DNA of 64,000 nucleotides from Candidatus Poribacteria bacterium (GTDB lineage: Bacteria; Poribacteria; WGA-4E; JAJDTR01): the NCBI GenBank assembly GCA_965222225.1, contig CBDCTK010000002.1, forward strand, positions 4,096,001-4,160,000, in the 5' to 3' direction. This document shows, in pieces, positions 51,704 to 61,269 of this stretch (position 1 is the stretch's first letter; every line of letters starts with the position of its first letter). The notes under the pieces are model-generated. The model was not told where the DNA came from and did no database searches. It saw only the letters and a list, made by a program, of their open reading frames with translations. The translations under genes and the position numbers were made by a program.

Positions 51704-52426
51704 ATGGAATTGTACCTAATTCGCCACGGTCAGTCGACCAACAACCGTGGAGATGCGCGTGTTCCTGAGACACCGCTGACAGAGATCGGAAAGCAGCAAG
51801 CGGACAGATCGGGACGGGCGTTGAAGAACTTGGGTGTCACGCGCCTTTATTTCAGCGCGATGCTCCGTGCGGTGCAAACCGCCACAATTGTTGGAGAACA
51901 CTTGGGACATGCCCCGCATGTATTCGTGGGAATTCACGAGTGGGGCGGCCTTTGGGAAGATCGGGTTGATGGTGGTATGGATCAGCTACCGGGACTAACA
52001 CGATCGCAGTTGCGCGATCTCTGTCCAAAAGTGGTGTTACCAAATGATGTGACAGACAACGGTTGGTGGTTTCCATCGTCTGTCAATGATAAACCGGTAT
52101 CGGCATGGGACTATGCGCAGATGCTCCAATTGATTCACAGAAACTGCCGTGGGTTCATCGCGCATTTGGAGCAACACCACGGTGGGGAAGCTGAGAAGAT
52201 CGGAGCAATTATACACGGAGGCTCCGGCTCAATCCTAATCGGAGCCCTGCTAGGGATGCCACTGCCAAACGAATTTCCAGAGCGCTTCCCACACAATAAC
52301 ACCGGCATCACGAAAATTCGAAGAACCCACGAGCACACACAGTTACTGTATCATAACCAAACCGGTCATCTACTGAAGAATTGTGAGTTCAGTCAAGAAG
52401 CTAGCTCCCCATTACTAACATGGTGA
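51704..52426 (+). CDS. Histidine phosphatase (phosphoglycerate mutase-like)
   Basis: LIRHGQS, SAMLRAVQTA, IIHGG, HNNTGIT. Confidence 0.9.
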   Translation: MELYLIRHGQSTNNRGDARVPETPLTEIGKQQADRSGRALKNLGVTRLYFSAMLRAVQTATIVGEHLGHAPHVFVGIHEWGGLWEDRVDGGMDQLPGLTRSQLRDLCPKVVLPNDVTDNGWWFPSSVNDKPVSAWDYAQMLQLIHRNCRGFIAHLEQHHGGEAEKIGAIIHGGSGSILIGALLGMPLPNEFPERFPHNNTGITKIRRTHEHTQLLYHNQTGHLLKNCEFSQEASSPLLTW

Positions 52427-52559
52427 GACATTCGATTGACTCAATATTTAGGCGGTATCGCATTATTCAATCGGCTCTTGGCCGTACAATTAGGGTCGGA
52501 ATATGCACCCGTACAAATCACTACTCCGTTCTTATCCGTGAGGGAAGGATACAGACGAA

Positions 52560-53258
52560 GTGAATCGCAATCGTATAATCACCGTGGGATATCTCATCAT
52601 CGTTGGAGGGATGTTTGCGCTTAAAGAATTCCTTAATGGAGATATATACCGCGCTGCGTTAACCGCCATGGCGTTTGTATTATTTGGAGTCCTAACGTTT
52701 TTCTACGACGATTTGCAACATTGGATTAAGCCTTTTGCCCTGACTTTACCGTTAATCGTCCTAGGGTCATCAGTTTATCGAGATTTCAGAGTGGGCGATG
52801 TCTCCTTAGCGATGCTAGGCGTAGCCATGATTGGGGGCGGTGCAATCATATTTTTCCAATCCCAACCGCTCGCAGCAATTAAGGCAATGTTTCTCATGAA
52901 TGTAGGAGGATTATTCGCTTATAGACAATCCTTTGACGGAAACATCGAAAACACAATTCGCATGGGCATCCTGTTTACCTTCTTCTTCGTTCTGTTCTTT
53001 TATGAGAGTGTACCGGCATGGATTAGACCTTTTGTGATGCTACTACCCATAAACCTCTTGGGGTTATCTGCCTATAGAGATTTCCGACTTGGAAATACGT
53101 CCTGCGTTATTTTAGATATAGTCTTGATTGCAGGGGGCGCTCTGATGTTGGTTCAAGACGCACCGTTCATAAAAGGGAAATTGCGGTCCTCTTTCAGTTT
53201 AATTCCGGTCATCGCATTTACCGTTTTCCTCCTCTGGGATATACTTCTGCTCTCCTGA
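52560..53258 (+). CDS. Hypothetical membrane protein with an internal two-fold repeat
   Basis: VGGMFA...WIKPF...YRDFRVG is repeated as VGGLFA...WIRPF...YRDFRLG. Confidence 0.7.
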   Translation: MNRNRIITVGYLIIVGGMFALKEFLNGDIYRAALTAMAFVLFGVLTFFYDDLQHWIKPFALTLPLIVLGSSVYRDFRVGDVSLAMLGVAMIGGGAIIFFQSQPLAAIKAMFLMNVGGLFAYRQSFDGNIENTIRMGILFTFFFVLFFYESVPAWIRPFVMLLPINLLGLSAYRDFRLGNTSCVILDIVLIAGGALMLVQDAPFIKGKLRSSFSLIPVIAFTVFLLWDILLLS

Positions 53259-53495
53259 AACAAAATCCTCTACACAGGGATGGGATGAAGTTCATTTAAG
53301 TTATCAAGAAACGTAGACGCATCTGGAACGAGCAGAATACGTGATGCGTTTTCCTCGTGTAGCACGGTATCCACAACATCTAACAAGGCCCCGTTCAATC
53401 GGCAACGCGTATATGAAGCAACACGTTGCATTGAGCTAATCCGAGAGATTATGGCGCACTACAAACAGCTAGAGCTTGATTACAATGGACCAGAA

Positions 53496-53914
53496 ATGGA
53501 GGAGACAAACTTAAAAGAAGAGGACTACATCGTTCTGAGTTTGTAACCGGAATCATACGAAGGAATCTTATCGAGTGAAAATACATACGAGTACCGTATC
53601 CAGTTTAGAAAAAGACCAACAATAGCCTTTGTCTATTTAATGTCACCGGTAAAATGTATCAGTGGCATCATTCGATTCGACACACCACTTATCGATTCGC
53701 CGGAAGAAGAGGAACAGAAGCTTGGCAACTGCAAGCCCGTAATTGAATACCTATCAAGATATAAGTTGGGATATGCTATTCCCATCGCAAGGTGACGGAA
53801 ATCACACCTGTGTCGTTGGCTAGTTTGCAATCGAAATACAATTTCACACCGCCTCAGGCGTTCCTGTATTTGAAGAACAACAGACCTCTCTTTGATTTCT
53901 TGGTTATCCAATGA
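53496..53914 (+). pseudogene. ASCH/PUA-like domain pseudogene
   Basis: YIVLSL*PESYEGILSSEK / TYEYRIQF...AFVYLMSPVKCISG ... FTPPQAFLYL across frames; absent from the ORF track. Confidence 0.65.
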
Positions 53915-54065
53915 AATTTGGAAACCTTAATCGCAGGGGAAATTCTCTCCCAGATTCTACCTCATTAGCTGCTTTTTTATGACCACTGTTTTCATCGGAA
54001 GGAATCCCCATAGAAATTTTGAGAGAATTGAAGTTTGACCGCGCGGTAGGGGAGCATTCTCGAAG

Positions 54066-54539
54066 ATGACCATGAAGAGACGAAAGACAGTATACCTTGC
54101 GAATCCCTACGGTTTCTCGGAGCAACAGCGGGAATACCTATTACCAGCCCTGATTCAGGCACTGGAAGCTATTGGCTTAGAGGTATGGGAGCCGTTTGAG
54201 CGAAACAACAATGAAGACATTTCGTTACCCGGCTGGGCATACCGAATTGGACAACGAGACAAGAATGATGTCGTTGAAGCGGACGCGATTTTTGCCGTCG
54301 TGAACGGTGTCCCGCCCGACGAAGGGGTTATGGTCGAATTAGGAATCGCGATTGCGCTCGGAAAGCCCACATTCCTATTCCGCGACGACTTTCGGGGTGC
54401 CGCCGATTCCGATGAATACCCACTCAACCTCATGGTCTTCACTGGCTTACCCCGCTGTGGATGGGAGCGGTACTACTTCAAATCGATAACTGAGATTTCA
54501 TCGCCCGACAAAGCATTGGCGCCTTGGGCAAAAATATAG
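54066..54539 (+). CDS. Nucleoside 2-deoxyribosyltransferase / nucleotide N-glycosidase family
   Basis: VYLANPYGFS, DVVEADAIFAV, DEGVMVELGIAIALGKP, NLM. Confidence 0.85.
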   Translation: MTMKRRKTVYLANPYGFSEQQREYLLPALIQALEAIGLEVWEPFERNNNEDISLPGWAYRIGQRDKNDVVEADAIFAVVNGVPPDEGVMVELGIAIALGKPTFLFRDDFRGAADSDEYPLNLMVFTGLPRCGWERYYFKSITEISSPDKALAPWAKI

Positions 54540-54582
54540 GCAAGATTTTATTTCACATATATGATTACGAACTGGAGGTCTT

Positions 54583-55788
54583 ATGAAACTGATCGGTGGC
54601 GGAATTACGGCTGTTCCCGGTATTCGGGCATCGGGCGCGCACGGCGGCTTAAAGTCGGATAACCAGAGAGATGTCGCGTTGATTGTTGCGGATTCGCCGG
54701 CAGTGGCAGCAGGGGTATTTACGCGAAATCGTGTATGTGCCGCAACAGTTCTGCTTTCCCGTGAACACCTGAAAGATCCGGTCGCCCAAGCAATAGTCGT
54801 CAACAGTGGCAATGCAAACGCCTGCACCGGGGAACAAGGACTCGACAATGCTCGAAAAATGGCAGCCTTGGTTGGGGAGCAGCTTAACTTGGAGTCGAAA
54901 AACGTATTGGTTTCTTCAACGGGTGTGATTGGTGTACAATTGCCGATGGATGCAATCAGAAAGGGCATTGAGCGTGCTGCCGATACGTTGCGCGAAGATG
55001 GCGGATACGATGCGGCACAAGCCATTATGACCACTGACACCGTGCCGAAAGAGATTGCAGTGGAGATTGAGGTTGGCGGAGAAAAGGTCAAGATTGGGGG
55101 AATGACAAAAGGCTCGGGCATGATTGCGCCGAACATGGCGACGATGCTTGCGTTTCTGGCGGCGGATGTGAATATTGCAGCTGCGCCGTTACAGGAAGCT
55201 CTCCGGAAATCGGTCAATAAATCATTCAACCGGGTAACGGTTGACACAGACAGAAGTACCAACGACACAGTACAAATCTTGGCGACCGGATCGGCACGCA
55301 ATTCTGAAATCACCGAAGCATCAGGCGACGATTTTGATGCCTTCTACACAGCACTTGAGTTTGTCTGCATTGAGTTGGCGAAGAAGATAGCGCGGGACGG
55401 AGAAGGAGCCACAAAGATGATTGAAGTGGTTGTCAAGAATGCGAAGACCGAGGCAGAAGCCGAATTAGCAGCGCGAGCTACCGCCGAATCCCCGCTTGTA
55501 AAAACTGCCGTTTTCGGGAAGGATGCCAACTGGGGACGTATAATGATGGCGGTTGGAAAATCTGAAGCGCAGTTCGATCCTTACCAAGTGGATGTTTGGC
55601 TGGGTGATTACCAACTGGTGAAGGCAGGCATGGACTCGGGTTTTGATGAGGAGAAGGCTACACAGCTTTTCTCTGAGGACACGGTTGTAATCACTATAGA
55701 TCTTGCCGCAGGTGATGCAGAGGCGACGATGTGGACGTGCGACTATTCCTACGACTATATCAAGATAAACGCAGATTATCGGACATAA
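54583..55788 (+). CDS. argJ: Ornithine acetyltransferase / N-acetylglutamate synthase
   Basis: NSGNANACTG, STGVIG, IMTTDT, KGSGMIAPNMATML, STND, DGEGATK, INADYRT. Confidence 0.96.
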   Translation: MKLIGGGITAVPGIRASGAHGGLKSDNQRDVALIVADSPAVAAGVFTRNRVCAATVLLSREHLKDPVAQAIVVNSGNANACTGEQGLDNARKMAALVGEQLNLESKNVLVSSTGVIGVQLPMDAIRKGIERAADTLREDGGYDAAQAIMTTDTVPKEIAVEIEVGGEKVKIGGMTKGSGMIAPNMATMLAFLAADVNIAAAPLQEALRKSVNKSFNRVTVDTDRSTNDTVQILATGSARNSEITEASGDDFDAFYTALEFVCIELAKKIARDGEGATKMIEVVVKNAKTEAEAELAARATAESPLVKTAVFGKDANWGRIMMAVGKSEAQFDPYQVDVWLGDYQLVKAGMDSGFDEEKATQLFSEDTVVITIDLAAGDAEATMWTCDYSYDYIKINADYRT

Positions 55789-55842
55789 AGACGCTCAACT
55801 AGATTCAGAAATATGCCTCTGCCCGTCATTGCCGAATCCGTC

Positions 55843-55874
55843 GAGACCGAGGTTTTTGCGAATAACTCGGTCTC
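55843..55874. terminator. Hairpin between convergent genes, possibly a bidirectional terminator
   Basis: GAGACCGAG...CTCGGTCTC inverted repeat. Confidence 0.4.
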
Positions 55875-55907
55875 TCTTGCGCAATTTCTTAACACGAGCC
55901 CTTTAGG

Positions 55908-56906
55908 TTAGTCTTCAAATGGCGCATCAAACGCAATGTCTGACGGTTCAAAGTCATACGCTTTGACCGCGGCGCATGATTCGCGCGCGCCGTGCTCGCG
56001 GTCCATGCCACTATCCTCCCACTCAATCGATAAGGGGCCATCGTGCCCAATGCGGTTGAGCGCTCGGATAATCTCCTCAAAGTTGATATTCCCGCGGCCG
56101 ATTGAACGGAAATCCCAGTATCGTTGACCATCTCCGAAATCGAGGTTTCCGCCGAAAACGCCGGAAAGACGCGGCGTGGATGACCACCAGACATCCTTCA
56201 TGTGGACATGGTAGATTCGGCTGCCGAGACGCTCGATAAACGCGACGTAATCAACCCCCTGATATCCAAGGTGGCTAGGATCGTAGTTGAAACCGAAGGT
56301 TTCACGACCGTCAAGCGCTTCGATTGCCCGCTCGGCGGTCACAATATCGAAAGCAATCTCGGTCGGGTGAACCTCAAGCCCAAACTGGACACCCACTTCA
56401 TCGAATACGTCAAGGATCGGATTCCAGCGGTTGGCGAAGTCCTCATATCCCGCATCAATCTGGGCGGGATCGTTCGGCGGGAAGGAATAAAGCAGATGCC
56501 AGATGCTGCTGCCTGTAAATCCGTTAACCACGCTTGCTCCCAGTTTTGCCGCCGCGCGTGCAGTTGCCTTCATTTCATCGGCGGCGCGTTGACGGACGCC
56601 TTCCGGATCGCCATCGCCCCAGATATTTGGAGCAAGAATGGCTTGATGTCGGCCGTCAATATTGTCGCAGACCGCCTGACCGACAAGGTGATTACTGATT
56701 GACCAGACTTTAAGTCCGTACTTCGCCAGAAGGTCGTGTTTTCCCTGACAGTAATCGGGATCTTCCAAAGCTTTGTCAACCTCGAAGTGATCGCCCCAGC
56801 AAGCTAGTTCCAAGCCGTCAAAACCCCAGTCGCTTGCTTTCTGCGCCAAATCTTCCAGTGTCAAATCCGCCCACTGGCCAGTGAACAGTGTAACAGGTCT
56901 CGCCAT
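55908..56906 (-). CDS. Sugar phosphate isomerase/epimerase (xylose-isomerase-like TIM barrel)
   Basis: [38 protein letters not shown]. Confidence 0.88.
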   Translation of the reverse strand: MARPVTLFTGQWADLTLEDLAQKASDWGFDGLELACWGDHFEVDKALEDPDYCQGKHDLLAKYGLKVWSISNHLVGQAVCDNIDGRHQAILAPNIWGDGDPEGVRQRAADEMKATARAAAKLGASVVNGFTGSSIWHLLYSFPPNDPAQIDAGYEDFANRWNPILDVFDEVGVQFGLEVHPTEIAFDIVTAERAIEALDGRETFGFNYDPSHLGYQGVDYVAFIERLGSRIYHVHMKDVWWSSTPRLSGVFGGNLDFGDGQRYWDFRSIGRGNINFEEIIRALNRIGHDGPLSIEWEDSGMDREHGARESCAAVKAYDFEPSDIAFDAPFED

Positions 56907-57036
56907 TTTGCTGCCTCCTTTGATTCTAATATTTTGATTCTAATATATGGTATTCTTTTTGGAAGGATCGCCTTCAGAAAATTGAACGGTCAACGCTATA
57001 TTGAAAAGTTGGTTTCCAAAAACACCAAATGTCGGA

Positions 57037-58209
57037 TTACGAAGGTGGTGTATAGCAAGCGTCGATCCAGGCGCGTTTTGTACCGCTTTCGACCGCTTTA
57101 TGTATGAAATGAACGCCGCGCGCCCCGTCCTGCACCGTCGGAAAGTCTGTATCGAATTCACCCGGCTGCTCGCCAGCAATTTTTGCCGCCATTGTGCGTG
57201 CTGCGTTGACGTAGATATTCGCGAAAGCCTCTATGAATCCTTCGGGGTGGCCAAACGGAATGCGGGAGTTGTGCTGCGCGATTTCGGCGACATAGCCGTT
57301 TCCTCGTTTGTAAACTTGCTCGGGGCCGTCCGGAAAACGAACGTAGAGGTAGTTCGGGTTCTCTTGATGCCAGTCTAACGAAGCGTCAGTACCGTAAACA
57401 CGGATGCGAAGGTTGTTTTCCTCTCCCACCGACACTTGAGATGCGTAGAGGATTCCTCTCGCGCCGTGTTCGAAACCCACCAAGACGTTTCCGTCGTCTT
57501 CCAATTTGCGTCCCGGCACAAACGTCGTCAGATCGGCGCAAATTTCTTCTATCCCCAAGCCGGTGATGTAGTGAGCGAGGTTTTCCGCGTGCGAACCAAT
57601 GTCGCCGATACAAGAAGAAACACCTGTTTGATTGGGGTCTGTGCGCCAGACAGCCTGTTTGGTACCTTCCGCTTCCAAGAGAGTTGACAGCCAGCCCTGC
57701 GGGTATTCGACCACAATTTTTCGAACCGTTCCAAGCTGTCCGCCTCGAACCAACTCGCGTGCCTGCTTGACCATCGGATAGCCGGTATAATTATGGGTAA
57801 GTGCGAAGACGGCATCGTGTTGCGTCACTAGCCGACATAATTCCTCCGCGTCCTCTACCGTCGTTGTCATTGGTTTGTCGCAAACGACGTGGAATCCCGC
57901 TTCGAGAAAAGTCTTCGCCGCATCAAAATGAATATTATTTGGTGTAACAATAGATACAAAATCGATTCGATCTCCTTCAGGTAGTTGGCTCTCCTTCTCT
58001 GCCATCTCCTTATACGAGCCGTACACTCGACTGGCGTCAAGTAGAAGCTCTTCGCCCTGTTGACGCGATTTGTCGGCGGATGAGGAGAACGCACCCGCGA
58101 CTAGCTCAATTTCGCCGTCAAGTGCCGCCGCCTGCCGATGGACGGCACCAATAAACGCGTCCGGACCACCTCCTACCATCCCGTAACGTATTTTTCTTCC
58201 GAGTGGCAT
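57037..58209 (-). CDS. Gfo/Idh/MocA oxidoreductase
   Basis: GMVGGG..AFIGAVH, VTPN..H, VCDKP, EYPQGWL, GDIGSH, GHPEGF. Confidence 0.9.
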   Translation of the reverse strand: MPLGRKIRYGMVGGGPDAFIGAVHRQAAALDGEIELVAGAFSSSADKSRQQGEELLLDASRVYGSYKEMAEKESQLPEGDRIDFVSIVTPNNIHFDAAKTFLEAGFHVVCDKPMTTTVEDAEELCRLVTQHDAVFALTHNYTGYPMVKQARELVRGGQLGTVRKIVVEYPQGWLSTLLEAEGTKQAVWRTDPNQTGVSSCIGDIGSHAENLAHYITGLGIEEICADLTTFVPGRKLEDDGNVLVGFEHGARGILYASQVSVGEENNLRIRVYGTDASLDWHQENPNYLYVRFPDGPEQVYKRGNGYVAEIAQHNSRIPFGHPEGFIEAFANIYVNAARTMAAKIAGEQPGEFDTDFPTVQDGARGVHFIHKAVESGTKRAWIDACYTPPS

Positions 58210-58436
58210 ATTGGTATCTCCTTTGATGTTATGTATGCCAACAATCGTGTTGACCGAATCATTTTGAGACTGCTTTCGTAAGTCCTATCTATCTAGCAAA
58301 TTACTGCATCCAAAATATCGATCCAATATAGCACGGTGGTGGGTTGCTGTCAATCACATAAAAAACGTAAATCGGAGCAATTGTCTCTATTCATGTGTGG
58401 AAATCCGTTATCTTGCACTCCTAATTCTCCGTAGGG

Positions 58437-58505
58437 GATCAAGTGAGTGAATAGCGAATGATCAACTGAGCGAACAGCGAAGGCGATAGAGTTCCCATAG
58501 AGATC
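58437..58505 (+). repeat. Two-level nest of the 35-bp micro-element inside a GTAG hairpin
   Basis: Inner copy 58460..58494 splits the outer copy into 58437..58459 and 58495..58505. Confidence 0.75.
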
Positions 58506-58659
58506 CCTCCTCGCCCGCTCCCTTTCGGCAGAAATCCCTATATCCAACCACGCCCAGTCCATTGCGAACCACAATCCTGCGAGGCTATATGTAGGGTGCG
58601 CACCGCGCACCAGCCTTTTCGTCGTACTCGCGCGATAGAGTTCCTACCAGCCTTCCTAT

Positions 58660-58835
58660 GCACCCGTAGGAGCGGCCTCGCGGTCTCGCTTGCGCAAGCC
58701 GGAGCGTCTGTCGTGAATATGCAGGTTGCGGGGCGGTGGAAATCCCCTCGGATGCCGGCGCATTATGCCCGCGCCGAGTTGGCAGAGCAAGGAGCAATTG
58801 CACGCTTCAAATACGGGAAAGACGGTGGGGGGTAG
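58660..58835 (+). pseudogene. C-terminal remnant of a Cre-like tyrosine recombinase
   Basis: RSGLAVSLAQAGASVVNMQVAGRWKSPRMPAHYAR contains the box II R...GRW...Y pattern. Confidence 0.7.
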
Positions 58836-59435
58836 CGAACCGGGAAGGATAGTTGAGGGAAAGTACATATGTAGGGTGGGCACTGCCCACCATTTTTCTT
58901 AGGTGCGATTAACCGCCTGTTTAAGCCCGTGGGTTGGGATGAACGAAACCGAGAATTCCGGTGTCGACACACCAAACTTCCTCAAACTGGCTGACCCGTC
59001 GGATAGCATCAAGGAAAGAGTGAAACCCAACTTCACCCCCTACGTCATCGGACACCTCCCCGGCAAACGTTGGGTTTCACTAGGATCACCGAGAATTTAT
59101 TCCGAATAGCGTCCCACAATCGTCGTGTCATGCTTGGTGTTTTTGCTTGTTACCGTTCAACCCAACCTACGCGCTTCCCACCATCTCTTATGGGGTACGA
59201 TAGCCGATCCCGATAGAAATCCCTCAAGCAAACCAGATCGTGGGGGCGAGGTCTCCTCGCCCATTCTGTTGCGCACCCTAATCCCGTGCGGTAGAGCGTC
59301 CATTCCGCCAACCCCACACCTCCGCCACACCAATAAACGGCACATGCTCCTCCCACCGCCGACTCAACCCGCCGTTCCTAATCCACGTAATCCAATAATC
59401 CATCAAGCGAGTGAATAGATCGTGTGACCGAAAAG

Positions 59436-59589
59436 GATCAAGGGCGCGAATAGCGACCGCGATAGAGATCCGCCATGTCTGTCGCAAACCGATAGCCCCG
59501 TCTTGCACTCCAGCTGAGAACAAGCGACTGAATGAGGAGTGATCGAACCAATGGACACTGAATACGATAGGGAATCCTGATAGTATTTC
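59436..59589 (+). repeat. Micro-element copy (59436..59470) and a degenerate two-level nest (59518..59589)
   Basis: GATCAAGGGCGCGAATAGCGACCGCGATAGAGATC; inner degenerate copy 59541..59576. Confidence 0.65.
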
Positions 59590-59728
59590 CCACTGCGATG
59601 GAGTTCTTAAAATGAAGTTAAACGTCGCGCCTTGCACTCCAGCGGAGTGCGATGTCGATAGAACTGCAATGCGTACAATCTTCGCGCTCCAAAGGAGCGC
59701 AATGTCGGTAGGATGGCGATTCGATAAG

Positions 59729-59900
59729 GATCAAACGAGTGAACAGTGGTCTCCGTAGGGGCGCGATCAACTGACTAGATAAGGAAGGATCAAGTAAGTG
59801 AATAACGATCAACCGACTGATTAGGGAGGACGATAGTAGATTCTGCGCGATAGAATTCCTATAGAGATCCCCCCGCGCCCAATCCCGCGCGATAGATTTC
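59729..59900 (+). repeat. Four-level nest of the micro-element including a split GTAG hairpin
   Basis: Four GATCAA left ends (59729, 59765, 59788, 59807) followed by four right ends (ending 59843, 59858, 59869, 59900). Confidence 0.7.
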
Positions 59901-61269
59901 TCATAGCAATCACGACCGGGTTTCCATGACGGCCTGACTTCCAACAGCAAATCGAATCTTCCTCTTTATAGCCAAACGCCCTGCAGTAGTTCTATTTGCT
60001 TGTTCGCTTTCCTCGGTGCTATACTTGCCACGCTATTCTACTTCGGTACAATAGCTGTTGTCAAATAAGCGATAGAGCAATTTAGCGCCATCGTCGGTTT
60101 CACGAGGCGCGCTGCTGACAGAAATCGAACCCAATGTGTCTTATCATACGTTCTATCGACTAATCGACTCCCGCGGCAAAACCAATCCGTGAAGGAAAAA
60201 ACTTGAGAATTGAAAACGTCGACTTTCCCAAACCGTTGATAGAAGCCTTGCATGACAACGAACTCGTAGTGTTCGCTGGGGCTGGCGTTTCAATCGGTAA
60301 ACCTGCCCGTCTGCCCAGTTTCAGATCGTTGACCAATATTATCGCCGAAGGTACCGGGAAAACGGCGCGCGATGGCGAGACGCCTGAGCAATTCCTCGGA
60401 AGATTAAAAGACCAAGGCGTAAAAGTGCATGTGCGCGCTGCGCGACCGCTTTCTCAAGAAGGTTTGCAGGCTACGGCCCTTCATCAAGATCTTCTTAGAC
60501 TCTATCCTAAAACAGCGCCCGTTCGCCTCGTCACCACTAATTTCGATCCCCTGTTTGAGCAGGCAGCCTTTGAGCAGGCAGCCGAGGAAATATTCGACAG
60601 TTCGCCAGAAGTATTCCGGGCACCCGCGCTGCCTTTGGGACGTGAGTTCGACGGCATTGTTCATGTTCACGGTTCAGTCCGTCGCCCTAACGAGATGTTA
60701 CTTACGGATAGAGATTTTGCTCGCGCTTATCTGACCGATGGCTGGGCTCGACGCTTTCTCGTCGAACTTTTCAGTAATTTCCGAATCCTCTTTGTTGGCT
60801 ACAGTCATGACGACACGATTATGAATTATCTGGCCCGCGCGCTTCCTGCCGGTTCGGAATACCAACGTTTCATTTTGACCGGTTCCGAAGACAAGAAACC
60901 CTCTGATGATTGGCGTTCACTAGGGATTGAACCGATAGTCTACCCTCAGGCTAACGAAAATGACTATAGTGAACTCGACACAAGCATTCATGGCCTCGCC
61001 GAACTTGTACAGCGACGCGTTGTTGTTTGGAATGATGAAATAACCAATATAGCGCAAGTTCCGCCTCCCACTGACGAGAATAAGGCAGATCTCATTGAGT
61101 ACGCGCTAAGCGATGAAGTAAACACAAGGTTCTTTGCAAAAGCGGCTTCAGATCCTGATTGGATTGACTGGCTCGACGAGCGTGGACATTTGACCGCGCT
61201 ATTCCGCGACGATATACTCACCGCGCAAGCCAAAACCTTGTCTTGGTGGTTGGCAGATCGATTTCTTTT

